A stretch of 63,862 nt of DNA, the filler included, from Intoshia linei (lineage: Eukaryota; Animalia; Orthonectida): the NCBI GenBank assembly GCA_001642005.1. It is 10 parts of 10 records of this genome, joined end to end, with 100 filler letters (N's around TTAATTAATTAA, not from the genome) between each part and the next. Parts side by side here need not be neighbours in the genome. Positions count along the whole stretch, not along the records: positions 34,377 to 41,067 come from LWCA01001648.1; positions 41,168 to 52,089 come from LWCA01001233.1; 8 more parts are not named here. The stretch is one strand, 5' to 3'. The translations under genes and the position numbers were made by a program. Below are positions 38,437 through 51,600 of the stretch, one piece after another. The number at the start of each line of letters is the position of its first letter. Within the stretch, counting starts at the first letter, position 1. Below the pieces are notes generated by a model. It did no database searches. It was not told the DNA's origin and was given only the letters and a program-made list of their open reading frames with translations.

Positions 38437-40500
38437 TCATTTATGGTCAACAATCTTCATCTTTAACCGATAACAAAAAAAAACAATAACTATCAAAATG
38501 AGTATACCTGGCAAAACAATAAATATAAAAACTAATTTAGATTTATGTGTTATGTTGTTGGTAATATTTACCCTAATAAAATTATTATTCTGTTGAATGA
38601 TTATATTGCCATGACACTTGTTTTTGTAAAACATTGAATCAAAAACAAAATCGTAGAGTTCAATTTCATCAGATTTTGAAAATAAAAAGTTTATCCATTT
38701 TGTATTAACTTTAAAACATTTTCCAGTGTTCCTGTCCCTTTCAGCATAGATAGAACATGCGTAATCCTTTAATTCGCATTTTTGTTTTATACGTTCCATT
38801 TTTAAATTATCTAGATTTAGAAAGCAGTTACGGTTAGAATTATTTTGAAAATCATATATTTTATATGCATTATTTAATATTGAGATGGTAGTTCTATTAT
38901 CAATTGTACATTTTTTTAACTTGTTTAAAATTATTTTAAATTGAATCATGGAAAATAAATTTACAATATTCAAAAATGTTTCCTTTGAATAATGATGTAT
39001 GTAATATCTAGAATTTATCAATTCAAATCTATTCTTTTTAAAAATACGCGACCAAGATCTTGCACCATCATAACTTAACCATAATTTGTATTTCGTATAT
39101 ATAGCAAGAAAAACAAAATTTTCTTTTTTATTATCGATATTATAATTATAAATATTTCTTGTCTCGTACGTGTCTTCTCCTATTACATCGTACCATTTAT
39201 CACCGCCAAAATACATAAGAGATCGTGACATTCTTTTTTTTATTAATCGAATCTCTGAAATTTTTAATTTTTTGTACGTGTTGAATATTATTTGTAATTT
39301 AGATTTTAATTCACTTTTTAAAATATTCCATGTATCTCCATTGTCATATGATGTGTATAAAAGACCATTTATTTGAATAAATCCTACACTAAAATTTTCA
39401 AAAACTGATCTAAATAATACAATTACATCATGTTTTTTTTCTTGCATAGAGGGTATGCTTATTATTTTTTTGTATGTTAATTTTGATGAATTGCTGATGT
39501 AGAATTTTAAAAATTGTTTTTTTTCTAATTTGAAAAGCCATTTTAATATTTTCAAAAATCCTTCGTATTCATATTCCTAAAATTAATTTTAAATTGTTAT
39601 TTAATCGTCAGTAAATAACGAGTATATTTTAAAATAACATAGTATAAACCCGGGTTGTGACTTTTTTACAAACAATAACAAAAAATCAATTTTTAATCAA
39701 TTTTAATTATATATGTTATTTTTATTTAGCAAATCTGTCACCCACTAGAATTAATAATTTACCTTGGTATATATGATTATTCTATTTCTTATTGGCATCA
39801 CATCCATTATTTGAACTTGGTGCGAATGAAACTGTGATGGTTGAGAATGGATTGGCGCATCAATTTTACGAAATTTTGTGAGATTAATGAGTAAATATTT
39901 TTCACCGTTCATTTTTATAGCTATTAGGGCATGATAAAAAACTATGCTCATGACTTGCGATAATACTTGTTTTATCTTCATATTTTTTAAATCGCAAATG
40001 AATATGCTATTTTTACTGAACAAATATACGAAATTAGAATCAAATGATGTCCACATAATTCTTTTTATGGGCATTTTTTTTATCGCAATTTTAGTTTCAT
40101 GAATATGAATAAACATTATATTATTGTACAGTATGATAGAATTTGAATATTTTGGATCCATTTCTACCCGCAATGTTTCAATTATGTTAATGTTTGAATT
40201 AAAAACTAGTGTTTGGCCACTATTAAAATGCATCACTGTTATAACCCTATTTTTATTCTTGTATTTTATGTAAAAAGTATAATGCACTTCTGGTATGTAC
40301 CCCAATTTTATTATGTCATATTTATAGTTTCCAATAAGTTCAAATTTGAAATGCCTGTGTCGATACATCTTGATATAATGTTTGGACCTGTATATAGAAA
40401 CATCTCCAATTACAACATTGATATTGTTATGATGTGCGTAGTATATACAATTCATTTTGTGTAGAAGTGCCCATGATAGAATTATCATAAAATTTACCAT
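38437..40500 (-). CDS. Divergent VPS10/sortilin-like type I membrane protein; exons 40500-39763 and 39576-38437, about 625 aa
   Basis: Signal-like N-terminus; Asp-box/BNR motifs LYTSYDNGDTW and LWLSYDGARSW; Cys-rich C...DY.C....R....KC (10CC-like); TM LVFIFIVLPGILILIVIVFFC; phase-0 GT-AG join. Confidence 0.68.
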
Positions 40501-40774
40501 TATAGTTTCCTTAATAACTTGACGAACTTAATATTAATATAGTTACAATGTATTAGTGCACTTAAATGTGGATTTACCCTTGAAAACTCAAATTGTTTGA
40601 TTTATCAGAAACTTCAATTCAAACTCCAATAAAATAGATATTTGAGTATCAAAAATTTTTACTTTTCATCTATTTCATTTTTCGTTTTAAATAAAATAAA
40701 TAAATAAATTATTATTAATTATTTATTTTTTTTTATTTTTATTTTTTCTTTCAATTTTTTTCGTAATTTATAAT

Positions 40775-41067
40775 AAGTATTCATATAATGTACCAAGCGA
40801 GCTTTATGGCAAGGAGCATTGTCTTGTTGAAATATTGGATTACTAAATTCACCGACTTCTAAAAATAGTTTTAGAGACTCATTGAGGATGTTTCTATATT
40901 TTATAGAATTTAGTCTTCCGGATAGTATTTTTACTCGACTTTTTTTCCATTGAGATACATCCCCAAATCATTACCGTTGTTGAGAATCGGTTATTCTCAC
41001 GAACAGCGAAGTTCGACAAGGATTCATTTTTTCTTCTCCATATTTTTGGGCGAATGTGGCCCCGTTT
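40775..41067 (-). mobile_element. Tc1 transposase remnant (frameshifted)
   Basis: VMIWGCIS...GRLNSIKYRNIL...IFQQDNAPCHKA. Confidence 0.9.
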
Positions 41068-41289
41068 NNNNNNNNNNNNNNNNNNNNNNNNNNNNNNNNN
41101 NNNNNNNNNNNTTAATTAATTAANNNNNNNNNNNNNNNNNNNNNNNNNNNNNNNNNNNNNNNNNNNNAATCTAGATTCAACATAGTCAATCTTCCCGTAA
41201 AATCAGCTAAAAACGATAATTGACATAGCCATTGTTTATCATAGAGTTCTGCATATTTATGTTATACTGTTATATGTTGTACTGTATAT

Positions 41290-42310
41290 ATACACATGTT
41301 AATTATTTCACATTTTTCGTTTTAATAAAATATTTTGGAAAAAAAATATATGAATACAAAAATGCTTTTTTGACCGTGAAGTCGTCACTTATTCGGATTG
41401 AAATTTTTTATGTGTGTTAACAGGATACAACTGTACCACCTGTAAATTTTTTTACATTCTAGGGCTGTTTTCATTAAAAAAAGAAGGGTAATTTGGGGTT
41501 TTGGCCCTGAAGATGTAATTTTTTTAAATTTAAATTTATGATAATGTTTATGATTTTAAAATCCGTATCAGCGTATATTTATTTTTTTTTAAATTCTGCA
41601 ACTCGTTTGATTTTCAAAAAAAGGACAATTGGGCTTTTTGACCCATAAGATGTGAGTTTGGGAGGTTGAAATTTAGTTTGCGAACACCCCGGATAAAATT
41701 GTAATTGAAATGTGGACTTCTAAAAATTCTAAGACGGGTAGTTATTTAAATAAAATGGAACACACACACACACAAACAAAAATCGCGTAGCATATATAAG
41801 TAAGAATAAATATATGTTCATTTTTTTATAGTCGATCTAATATTTAAAATTATAACAGTATTTTAAAAAACTTAAAAACTACTAAAAAATTAAATAATAT
41901 TGAATTTACGCGTTCGTTAATCAGAAATTCGTTAAATACGAGATATTTAGGCATTTATATAAAAAATAAAATTTCGACGTTAGTTAAATGAAATATTCGT
42001 TAAAAACATTCGTTAAATGAGATTTTGACTGTATTTGAAAAATGTTGGTTGATAAATTATCAATGATAATATATTAAAAATTATTTTTCACCGGGAATGC
42101 GTAGATTTCTGGGGTTGAAATGATGTATTTATATCAACTGAAATAAGCTCTATTAGAATATATTATTTTTTTTAATTATCGTACTATTAATTATTACACA
42201 TTTTTTGTTTTATTAATTTTTGTTAATAAAATATTTCGGAAAAAATATATATGAATACTAAAATACTTTTTTGACTGTGAAGGCGTCACTTATTCAGATA
42301 TAAATTTTTT
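41290..42310 (-). mobile_element. Two Helitron fragments (41290-41805, 42035-42310) separated by a Tigger-like MITE end (~41900-42031)
   Basis: Family identity as above; CGTTAAATGAGATTTTGACTG|TA terminus with repeated TTCGTTAAA. Confidence 0.8.
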
Positions 42311-42536
42311 GTTCTTTGTTTGTTTTTTATTATGTTGAATATACTAGAACAGTTTCTGTTCAGTTAAAATTGAAATGTATCTGTAATGTGTAAATTTTCA
42401 AAAACGGTGACCGTATAATTTATTGATATAAAAAAGTGTCCCACGAGATGGAAAAAATTGGCGACCCCTGATGACTAAATTCAGGTTTGACATTATAATT
42501 ATGCTTGACATTCAATTAACCTTAAACATTTTTAGA

Positions 42537-43508
42537 ATGCAAAGTTACCCTCAAGTCAAAGAAACATTACCTGAAAGAATAATCTCTGATAATGATTTCA
42601 ACGATGAATGTGATGAAATTGATGAACGTGAAATTTTTGATATCCTTTACATTTTAGTATATTTGTAATTAGTTCCCAAGGTGCCTCAATCGCAAAAATT
42701 TTCATAAACCTGGGCTCCACGTCTACTACTTTAACAATCCCACATAGACACTTTTATATTGTGAAAATGAGTATCAAGTTAGTTTACTGTACTCTAATTT
42801 ATCACATTTTTGTATCGATATTCGCAAGGTGGATAAAATATGACCCAGTTTTAAGATTAAACATTTTGAAATATTTAATTATTAAAATTATCAATGCATT
42901 TATTGTATACGTGTGAATTTAATCAAGTAAATATTTTGTAATCTACATTAGTCATTTTCGTTTTTGACCTTTTTAGAAATATGCCAATGTCATCTGCAGC
43001 TAATGATTTTAATAATATTGTGCATACACTTATTTACCTTAATGTACGATTCACACATTATACGAAACATAAAAGACCCAGAGTACAATTATACATTGGA
43101 GCAATTGGACGTTGTTTCACTGAATCGAATACATGTAAATACCGATAAAAGGACAATAAACGTCAAAATTGTACCTACCGTACCTCAATGTGGTCTAATA
43201 TCAATTATTGGACTAGCTGTAAAAGCTAAATTACTTCTGACCCTACCTTTAGATTACATAGTAAATTTAAAAGAGTATTTCTTTGAATATCAACAAATTT
43301 ACCTTTTAGATCAATGTAAACATCAAAGAAGAAACCCACCAGCAATGGAAAACGCGTAAATGAATATCAATTCGGTTAAATTGTGAAATTTACTTTTTTA
43401 GACAATGCTAGGTTCGCAGACAAGGAAAGAATATATGCTGCGTTAGACAATTATAAAGTGTTTCCATTGATCATGAGTTGTTGGAGTGGAGTTCAAGATG
43501 AATCATAA
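42537..43508 (+). CDS. CIAO2B: Cytosolic Fe-S assembly component 2B (FAM96B/MIP18), 4 exons
   Basis: MQSYP...IDEREIF|DIIRNIKDPEYNYTLEQLDVV...PTVPQCGLISIIGLAVKAKL...|INVNIKEETH...|NARFADKERIYAALDN. The N-terminal IDxREIFD is FAM96B-type. Confidence 0.9.
42640..43054 (+). other. U12-type AT-AC intron, 415 nt
   Basis: Donor ATATCCTTT; branch TTTACCTTAAT at 43033-43043; acceptor TCAC. Splicing G|AC restores the conserved Asp and the reading frame. Confidence 0.9.
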
Positions 43509-44188
43509 TCTAGAATAAATTTGCATTAAGGAATGAAAATAAAATTATTAATTTCAGCCGATTGATTAATTTTATTGTTAATTTAAAAATTTAATAATAA
43601 ATGTTAAATTACTAATATCGTTGTAATTGTAACTAAATCAATGTTTTGGAAGAGATCCATGGCTGTATTGGTTTGTTTGGAAAAGTGAGTCACAGTTTCT
43701 ATGCCGTAAAAAACAGCATATAATAATTAAACCAAACTAAATAAAAACTGCATGCGTATAAAGGAATACATGTACTCTTCGCCGACCAATTCGGCCTACT
43801 CGTAAGTTTTGCCAGTTTTAATCCATGATATGAATAATATGGTTTGATAAATGAGTGATTTAGCTTTAATTAAAATATAAGGTTAAGTTATTCAAATAAA
43901 TTTGGTTATTTTCAATCTCGACATATATCTTTTCACAGAAATTAGATTGTTTTGAAATTTTCAACTACAGGGCTAAATTTTATAAACACTGAATCTAAAC
44001 AACTTTGATTAAATAACTGGAATAAGATGAAATAACAAATTTATATTTAAAAGTTTAAAAAAATCCAGGTATTGGTAACTGATGATACTATCAGTTTTAC
44101 AAATATTGACGTTAATCCTTAATTAACCTATGTAGTTTGTACGCCAAACGAAAAAATATATATTTATTCTAGGAAATATTTTCGAGAT

Positions 44189-47100
44189 ATGGAATTCAAC
44201 AATCAATCAATTTACCATGTACATTCGGCCAGTACGTCAAAAACTCGATCCATGAAAATGGAAACTATACGTCGGAAAAAGTAACTGTCGCCAATTATTT
44301 GTTTATTTGCATTTAGAGCATCTGTCGATAGACGTGTTTCCCAAGAAATTGCTGAAGAGAATAGAAGACTGGAAATATTACAAAAACGCAGTGAACGACA
44401 TAGAATGATTACCGACACTTATCAAAGAGGGACATACATTAAACGTTCATCTCGGCCAGGTTTGTTACTAATTAACATTTTTATGTATTTGATTGATTTA
44501 CTTCATTCATGCAATTCTTTTTGTAGTGATACACAATTACTGAAATTTTTATTTCAAATATTTATTCTCTATTGTCTGGTTCAACCATGTATATTTAGTG
44601 CCATATTGATTTTAAAATTAGATTTACATTTTAATTAAATGAATTAAAGTAGTTTAAGTAGGTAAAAAATAAAAAAATTAATTGCAATAACTTGGTACTG
44701 ACGGTGGGTTGTGTCGAGCGGGACGGGGACAATACGCCAATGGTATAAAAACATTACAATTTAATACTTTTATTTTGCACCATTTTACGATCAATGGTTC
44801 CAAAATCTTTAATAAATGGAAGAAAAATATATTCCCTTAAAAGCCCTACAAAATCTTGGTCCCTAAATTATCTTCGAAATTTTTAAAAATTTGCGCAAAA
44901 AAACTTTCTTAAAAACCCTACAATAAAATGGTCATAAGATTATCTTCATAATTTTTCTATTATTTTTTAAAAATTTTGACAAAAGTCATAAGAATGATAA
45001 AGAGAACTCACTGACATAGAGTAAAACACTTTTAACGAAAGGTAAAAATTTTATGATAATAAAAATAATAATTAAATATGAATAATTTCGTGAAAAAATC
45101 AATGATATGATAAATTAGTAAAATCGTTGATTATGTCGCTCTAAAATGTATCGCTCCAGATAATGTACGTCGGACTGTGCTTTAAGGTCATTAGCGGAAT
45201 ATACCATTGGTAATTTTCGAGGTGAAAAATTTTTATTACATTGCTCTTCAATAATAATGGATAATTGGATGTAACTTCTTTTTAATTCAACTTATAAGCT
45301 TTCGAGATAATTTGAGAAGGTCCATTTCTATTTTATAACCAAAATCTAAAATTTAATGATTTTGACCATATCAATGGGGCAGCTTTTTTTCATCCAACCA
45401 TTAGAATACTTGGCATAAATTTGTGATATTTCTTTTTTACTCAGCTGTTTAATCCTGTTTGTTAAATTAAAATTTTTGACGTTAAATTTTAAAAGGGTGG
45501 ATTCATTGATTCTATAAAATATGCTTTTTTACACAAGCGTGTAATTAGATTGATTTTCGACAATAAAACTTTTAGATTTGTAATTTATTAGAAAATTGGT
45601 TTTTATTAAAAAATAATCACTAAATTAATTAATTATTAATTATTTTTTGATTTAACTGTTAGATCATCCCCAAAAAAATGTACGGTTAAATCATTTTTTG
45701 AAGTGGGCCTACATAAAAAAGGTTATGAAACACTACTCTAATATAATAATTTATTAAAGTTTTAATTAGCGCAATGTAAATAAGCACACATAAATAAAAA
45801 TAATTTAAGTGTGACTGGACGGTAAATCACATACTTTGATCCACTTTACACAGTTGAGGTTATTAATCATACTATGGTATTTATTTTTGAGGTTTTTTAT
45901 CTCCATATTAAATATTTACATAGTAAAACAGATTTGGTAATGATTTGAAAAATCGTTTAAAAATTTATTATAGCAACTTCGACTGCGGGATATACTTATT
46001 ACGGCAGAAACAAATCGTGTTATTTGGACGATTCCTTATCACAGGCTATAAAGAAATTACGCCAACGGAAACATTACGTTGGAATGGCGCCATCAAGTGC
46101 CTCCATTATTCCAAGAAACCAAAAGAATTACAAAGTGTTATCTACTACCGATTTACTCTTAAAAACCCCCAACCATGTCATAGTAAAACGAAATGAAAAA
46201 TTACAAGAAAGCCAAAAATCTAGATTTTCTAAACTTGTCAATGAAAGAAAATGTTCAAATACAAACATAGATACACCAAAAATCAAAAATGTAAACGAAA
46301 AACCAAAAGTAAAATTTAACTATTTTACTCCATACACATTTGGAACAAAAATAGAAAACTATGATACATCAAATTTGGAATTTAGTAACAATTTATCTCC
46401 TCTAAAAAATTTACCTCAATCTGCAAACTCCAACATGCGGCATCGCTTCAAGAAAAATAAAAAAACTACAAACGCTACTAAAGAAACAATTTCAAGTGGA
46501 TTTAACAAAAAAAAATATGATACTCAAATTAGTGAAGACATATCTTTATATAATAACCAATATAATATAAATAATATTTTACAAGGTAGTGTTAAAAATA
46601 ATTTCAAAAAAATATTTTATCCACTCAACAATACACCCAGTAGTCAGGATGAATCTGGGTTTTATAGTACTTCTAAAATTGAAAATATAAACCAGAATGA
46701 TATTGATTCTCTTGATGATGTCAATAATAATCAAATTGACACTATTGCGGAAGATTTGAAAAATGTAAATATCAAGGAAAACTATATTGAATCAAATGCA
46801 ACAGAAGAAGATTCAAAAAGTGATTCAGAGGAAAATTATTACAATAAAAAGGAAGAAAGTGATGATACAATTTGTAATAATGTAGCTATTGTTAATCCAA
46901 CTACGAGCATCATTGATAATAGTTCAAAAACGAACTTGTGTGCTTATAATCGAGATAAAGATTTTAGCATTGAAACTGACAGTCTCGAATTATCACCTGA
47001 AGGTGCTCTCAAAAAAATAAGCATGGAAGGAAAAATACACACGAACCAAAATCACGAAATTAACCGAAATATGACAATTTCATCCAATTTTATAGAATTG

Positions 47101-48534
47101 GACAATATTCCAAATAAAAGTTTATTGATGCAAAGTCCCAGTTTAGACACTATAACACCTAAAAATAACACCTTATGGGATCAACAAACTGATATTTATA
47201 AAGACATATCATTTAAAAACATTACAACAGCGCCCAATCAAAAATTATTCAAATCTGTCGTTAATGATAGCATTGAACTTACAAAAAAAACTCGATTTGA
47301 AAAATCTGCTTACCCTAATAATGTAACTTATAAATTATACACTTTTTAAAATATTATATTTTTTAATAGAAAAAGAAAGTCAGATTTTCCAGAATATATT
47401 ACGCAGATGATGTAGAAAGCCTGACATGTAACTTATTAAAATGTTAATTTTAATATTACAAATAGTAAAATCAAATGGCAGAAATCCGAGTGATGGAACG
47501 ATTAAAAGTATTTTGTTGAACGGAACTAAACAGGAATCAAAACATAAAAACCAAAATGAAGAAAATAATGGTAAATGTAGTTGGGTTTATATTTAAACAA
47601 TTTTTTTATTTTTTTAGAAAAAAAGCGAAATTTTTTTCGTAAGCAAGACCAACGACGAATAAAACCAGCTTGTATAAAATTAAACGACAATGGATTAGGA
47701 AAACTATTTACCAACGTCGATGCCGTTTTAAACTTTAAACAGAAAAAGTTTTTGAATTTTAGAGAAAGAAACAAAATCATTTCTCTAAATTCTAAATTTG
47801 AAAAGCAATTACCATGTTTAACTACCGATGCTATTAAAAAATACAACTATGAAAAAAAATCACAATTTTCAAATGCAAATAAAAGTATATATAGATATTC
47901 TTTATTTATATAGATAATATAATATTTGTAGTATATTACAATAAACAAATATAGAACATGTTTGTATTTGATATAGTCATGTTTGCATTTAATATGGTCA
48001 TATTTGAATTTAATATAGTCATTATGTTTATTATTAGTCATAGTAATTATGACCATATTAAATGCAAACATGACTATATGAATAGAGAATATCTATAATA
48101 ATAATAAAATTTAAATTAACTCCAAAAATCGCTCCATAAAATATCTGGGATTGAATTTACAAACAATTAAAGATTTTTGGATTATTTATATTTATAAAAT
48201 TTTTAATCTCGTGGGTCATTGAACCCAAACCTTAGTATATTCCTTTAGTTCTAATATACATTATTTTTGAAAATATTAATTAATCACTTAGACGAAACTA
48301 TTGATTCTTTTGAAATGGCAGAATCTTTAGCAAATATGTCCTTAACAGAGAGCGTTATACTCAATCAAATTATGCGTCGCAAACGAGAAGATTACATGTG
48401 CGCAAAAGGTATTACAAATTTTTAAAATGATATCAATTTTAAACTTAGATGTCATTATGACTGATATATCGATGGAGGAGCAAAAACTTTTACAGTCTAT
48501 CGACAGATTAGACAAAAAACTTGACGCCCGCTAA
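44189..48534 (+). CDS. CEP126: CEP126/KIAA1377-like centrosomal protein, multi-exon; start uncertain
   Basis: N-terminal METIRRKKA...RRLEILQKRSERHRMITDTYQR, SLSQAIKKLR; long low-complexity middle exon; C-terminal ETIDSFEMAE and ISMEEQKLLQSIDRLDKKL resemble recalled CEP126 conserved blocks. Confidence 0.7.
47971..48079. repeat. Perfect 32-bp inverted repeat with 45-nt loop, built from a 21-bp unit
   Basis: ATATAGTCATGTTTGCATTTAATATGGTCATA (47971-48002) and its exact reverse complement (48048-48079). Confidence 0.9.
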
Positions 48535-48677
48535 ATTTTATCATTTTATTGTTTTTGGTCTTGCAGTATCTACTATTAAAAATTTAAAATAATTCATTAT
48601 TCAGAGTCAATTTAATTAAACACGGTTAAAATTCATTTGACTGAAAAATATTTATCGGTAATATAATGATACAACAA

Positions 48678-51600
48678 CTAACAGCCTAGTCCAGGAAAAG
48701 CAGATACTTTGCTTAATACGATAGTTTTCATTTTATGAGAAATACAGGCTCGCAAATAACCCTATAAAATTAAAATTAGTGATAAATTACAATGTAAAAC
48801 AGCGTTTCTCAATCCTATCAAGACTCGAGAAAATATTTAGAATAAATTGTAGATTGCTGTCTGATGCATATAAAATTTTCAAAAAAATTTTACCGGTCAT
48901 TGATATCATTTTTAAATATCAGACAGTAGTAAACAACCTTCCAGATAAATGTGTATAACGATATAAAAAAATATAAACAGTATTAGTAGTATATAATTTT
49001 GTGACTTAATAACTACGTTTTACACCCTTGGTCAGTGATGGCAAGACTTTTCAGTTGGTGTGTCAAAAAAATTTTTTACTGATTTCTCTTCTAGTTGCGT
49101 CACTTTTAAATGATACATAATTTTAGGTATATTATTACATACTTTTTAGTTAATTTTTCCTCACCACACATATATTCAAAATTTCAAATAAGCTTTTTAC
49201 CAGCGTGTTAGGCGTTAATTCCTGTGCGTGTCATATTTTTTCCATCGCTGGCCTAGGTGGTTTGACTTTTTTAATGGGACAAGAGTTAATTAAAAAAAAG
49301 AAATTTTAATTATTTATTAAATTTTTGAAATCGATAAATACAAAATTCAAATAAAAGGGTAATAAAGCACTGTCGTAGTAAACGGGGTAAGAAAAAACTC
49401 AATAAATTAAAATATAAATAATTAAGAATATTATTTAAAATTTGAAAACGTTATAAAACGTGACATTTTCTTTAATATTAAGTCATTTTTATTAAAAAAT
49501 TTACAAATTAATATGCATTTTGATAAATATAAAATACCTAAAATAAACAAAAAAAATTTGCAAAAATTATTGAGAAATCTACTCATTTTTACCGAGTATA
49601 ATTATAATGAAATGTGGATATATTTTGTAGGTTGAAGACCTATTGAATTACCGTATTGACCGTTGAATTATATAAGAATGTAATCACTGAAAATTGAAAT
49701 ATACAAAACAGACTCACAAAAACAAATATTTTGAGAAACGCTGAATTATGAAATGCACTACCTTGTAAATTAAATTGGTTAAAATACATTCAGCTTCATC
49801 AGAATCAATTAATGGCTAAATAGACAATTAAATTAAAATAAAAATGTTGTTCAATTAATTGAAAACGGGATAATAATGTCTGATTAATACATTATAAGAA
49901 TCTAATAAAAATCAGGTTATATCAGTGTCATAAAAAATATACCCAAATTGAGTCCCTGGACTCTTTGGCTCCAAAACTATATTCCTGGGGTCCGTGAGAT
50001 TTAAATAAAATATAAAAAAAATTTATCACCTTTTGTGTATTTTTATAATATAATTTTTAATATTTATTACAGATTTGACAGATGTTAGGAATTTATCCCA
50101 AATCCTATACGACGTGTATTATTATATAAAAATCCCCCTTTTATCCCACCATTAATAAAAAATACTATTTTAAACTCTTGAGGTGAAAAATTCCCTTTTT
50201 CCAATATTTGTTTTGAAAAACACGATTTTATCAAATCCTATGAGCAACAACTTCCTAATCAAAAACCTAAAATAAAAAATCCAATTTTACTAAATCTTAT
50301 GAGAAAAAACTTTAAAAAACATTTTTTAATAAATGTTTTATATTTCATGTTTCCTTTGAAGTCCAAAAAAATAAATATTTTGAAATGGGGGTCCGTTTAA
50401 ATTACGATCGTAAACTGATTGAGGTAGAAGCAGTACGTGGGCAGGGCCCAATCATCATGTCCCTTCTATTTTAAATTAATTGTTGAAGTTAGAAAAATTT
50501 AAAAAAACCTAAACTCTGAAATTAAATAATTGATAGAAGAATCAACATTTTTTTAATATGTATATAGAGCCTAAAATTCTCAGCTGAACGGGTCCTTTGT
50601 TGGCTCTCCATGGCCAGGGTAGAAGGCATCAAAAATTTAAAAAAGAGGCCACATACAGGGTTGATCATAAGATTATAATAATTGTAAAAATTTTATATTT
50701 ATCGTCATATCTTTTGTATATTATAACAAATAAAATGTTTGATCTAAATAAGTACTACCGATCAGAGTTGCCAGATTAAAAAGTTCATATTGCGCAGAAT
50801 AGTGCGTTGAAAAACTTAAATTTAAAAACTTCAAACCGATTTACTAGAAATAATCATTATTTACATTGTAAATATAAAATTGTTAATTTTAAATATATTT
50901 TTTAAATTCAAAATTAATTATTTATTTCATTTGGGCTAAAAAATTTAAAAATATACTATTTTATTTAACTTTCCTGACAGATAGATATACAGAAAAATAC
51001 ATGCTCGAAAAAGCCTATGAGTCAATAGTGACTAAAATAAGTGGGTTTTGATGAATAGTTTCCTTAATATCAACAATTCAAATATAAAATTATTTGATAA
51101 AAATAATAATTATTTAATTCATTTCAACTGTTAAAATGCGAACATAAAATAGACGGACACACAATATTTTAAAATTTATTGAGTTTTTTAGTGATATTAA
51201 TTTTACAAAATTTTAAAGTGTTGTATAATTTATTTATAAATACATCGAATTTGTGAAAATGTTAAATTAAAATATTACAACAAAAAACTAAACTTTTTAT
51301 TTTATAATTATGTATATGTTAAAAATAATTGAGCTATAAAATGGCATGGTTTATAAAAATATATAAGCGTGAAATAAATTAAATTTATAAGAAGTGCGTT
51401 GAAATTTAAGTTGTAAAGTGCGTTCAATGTACATCACTAATAGAAATGCGCGAATTACGCACTTTTTGGCATATTAGAAACATTGTTTTCAAAATTAATG
51501 TAAACGTAGTAATAATAATGGTGCTGTAGTATATAGATATAGATATTTACTAAAGATATATCGATACAGTTGAAATATTGTAACTATAATTTATATAAAT

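Noticed and set aside
42471-43359. ORF-track versions of CIAO2B (65 aa and 131 aa)
   Set aside because: They read into introns; replaced by the spliced model.
43609-43862. Possible small minus-strand gene between CIAO2B and the CEP126-like gene
   Set aside because: Open stretches lack a start, a coherent exon chain or a recognisable motif.
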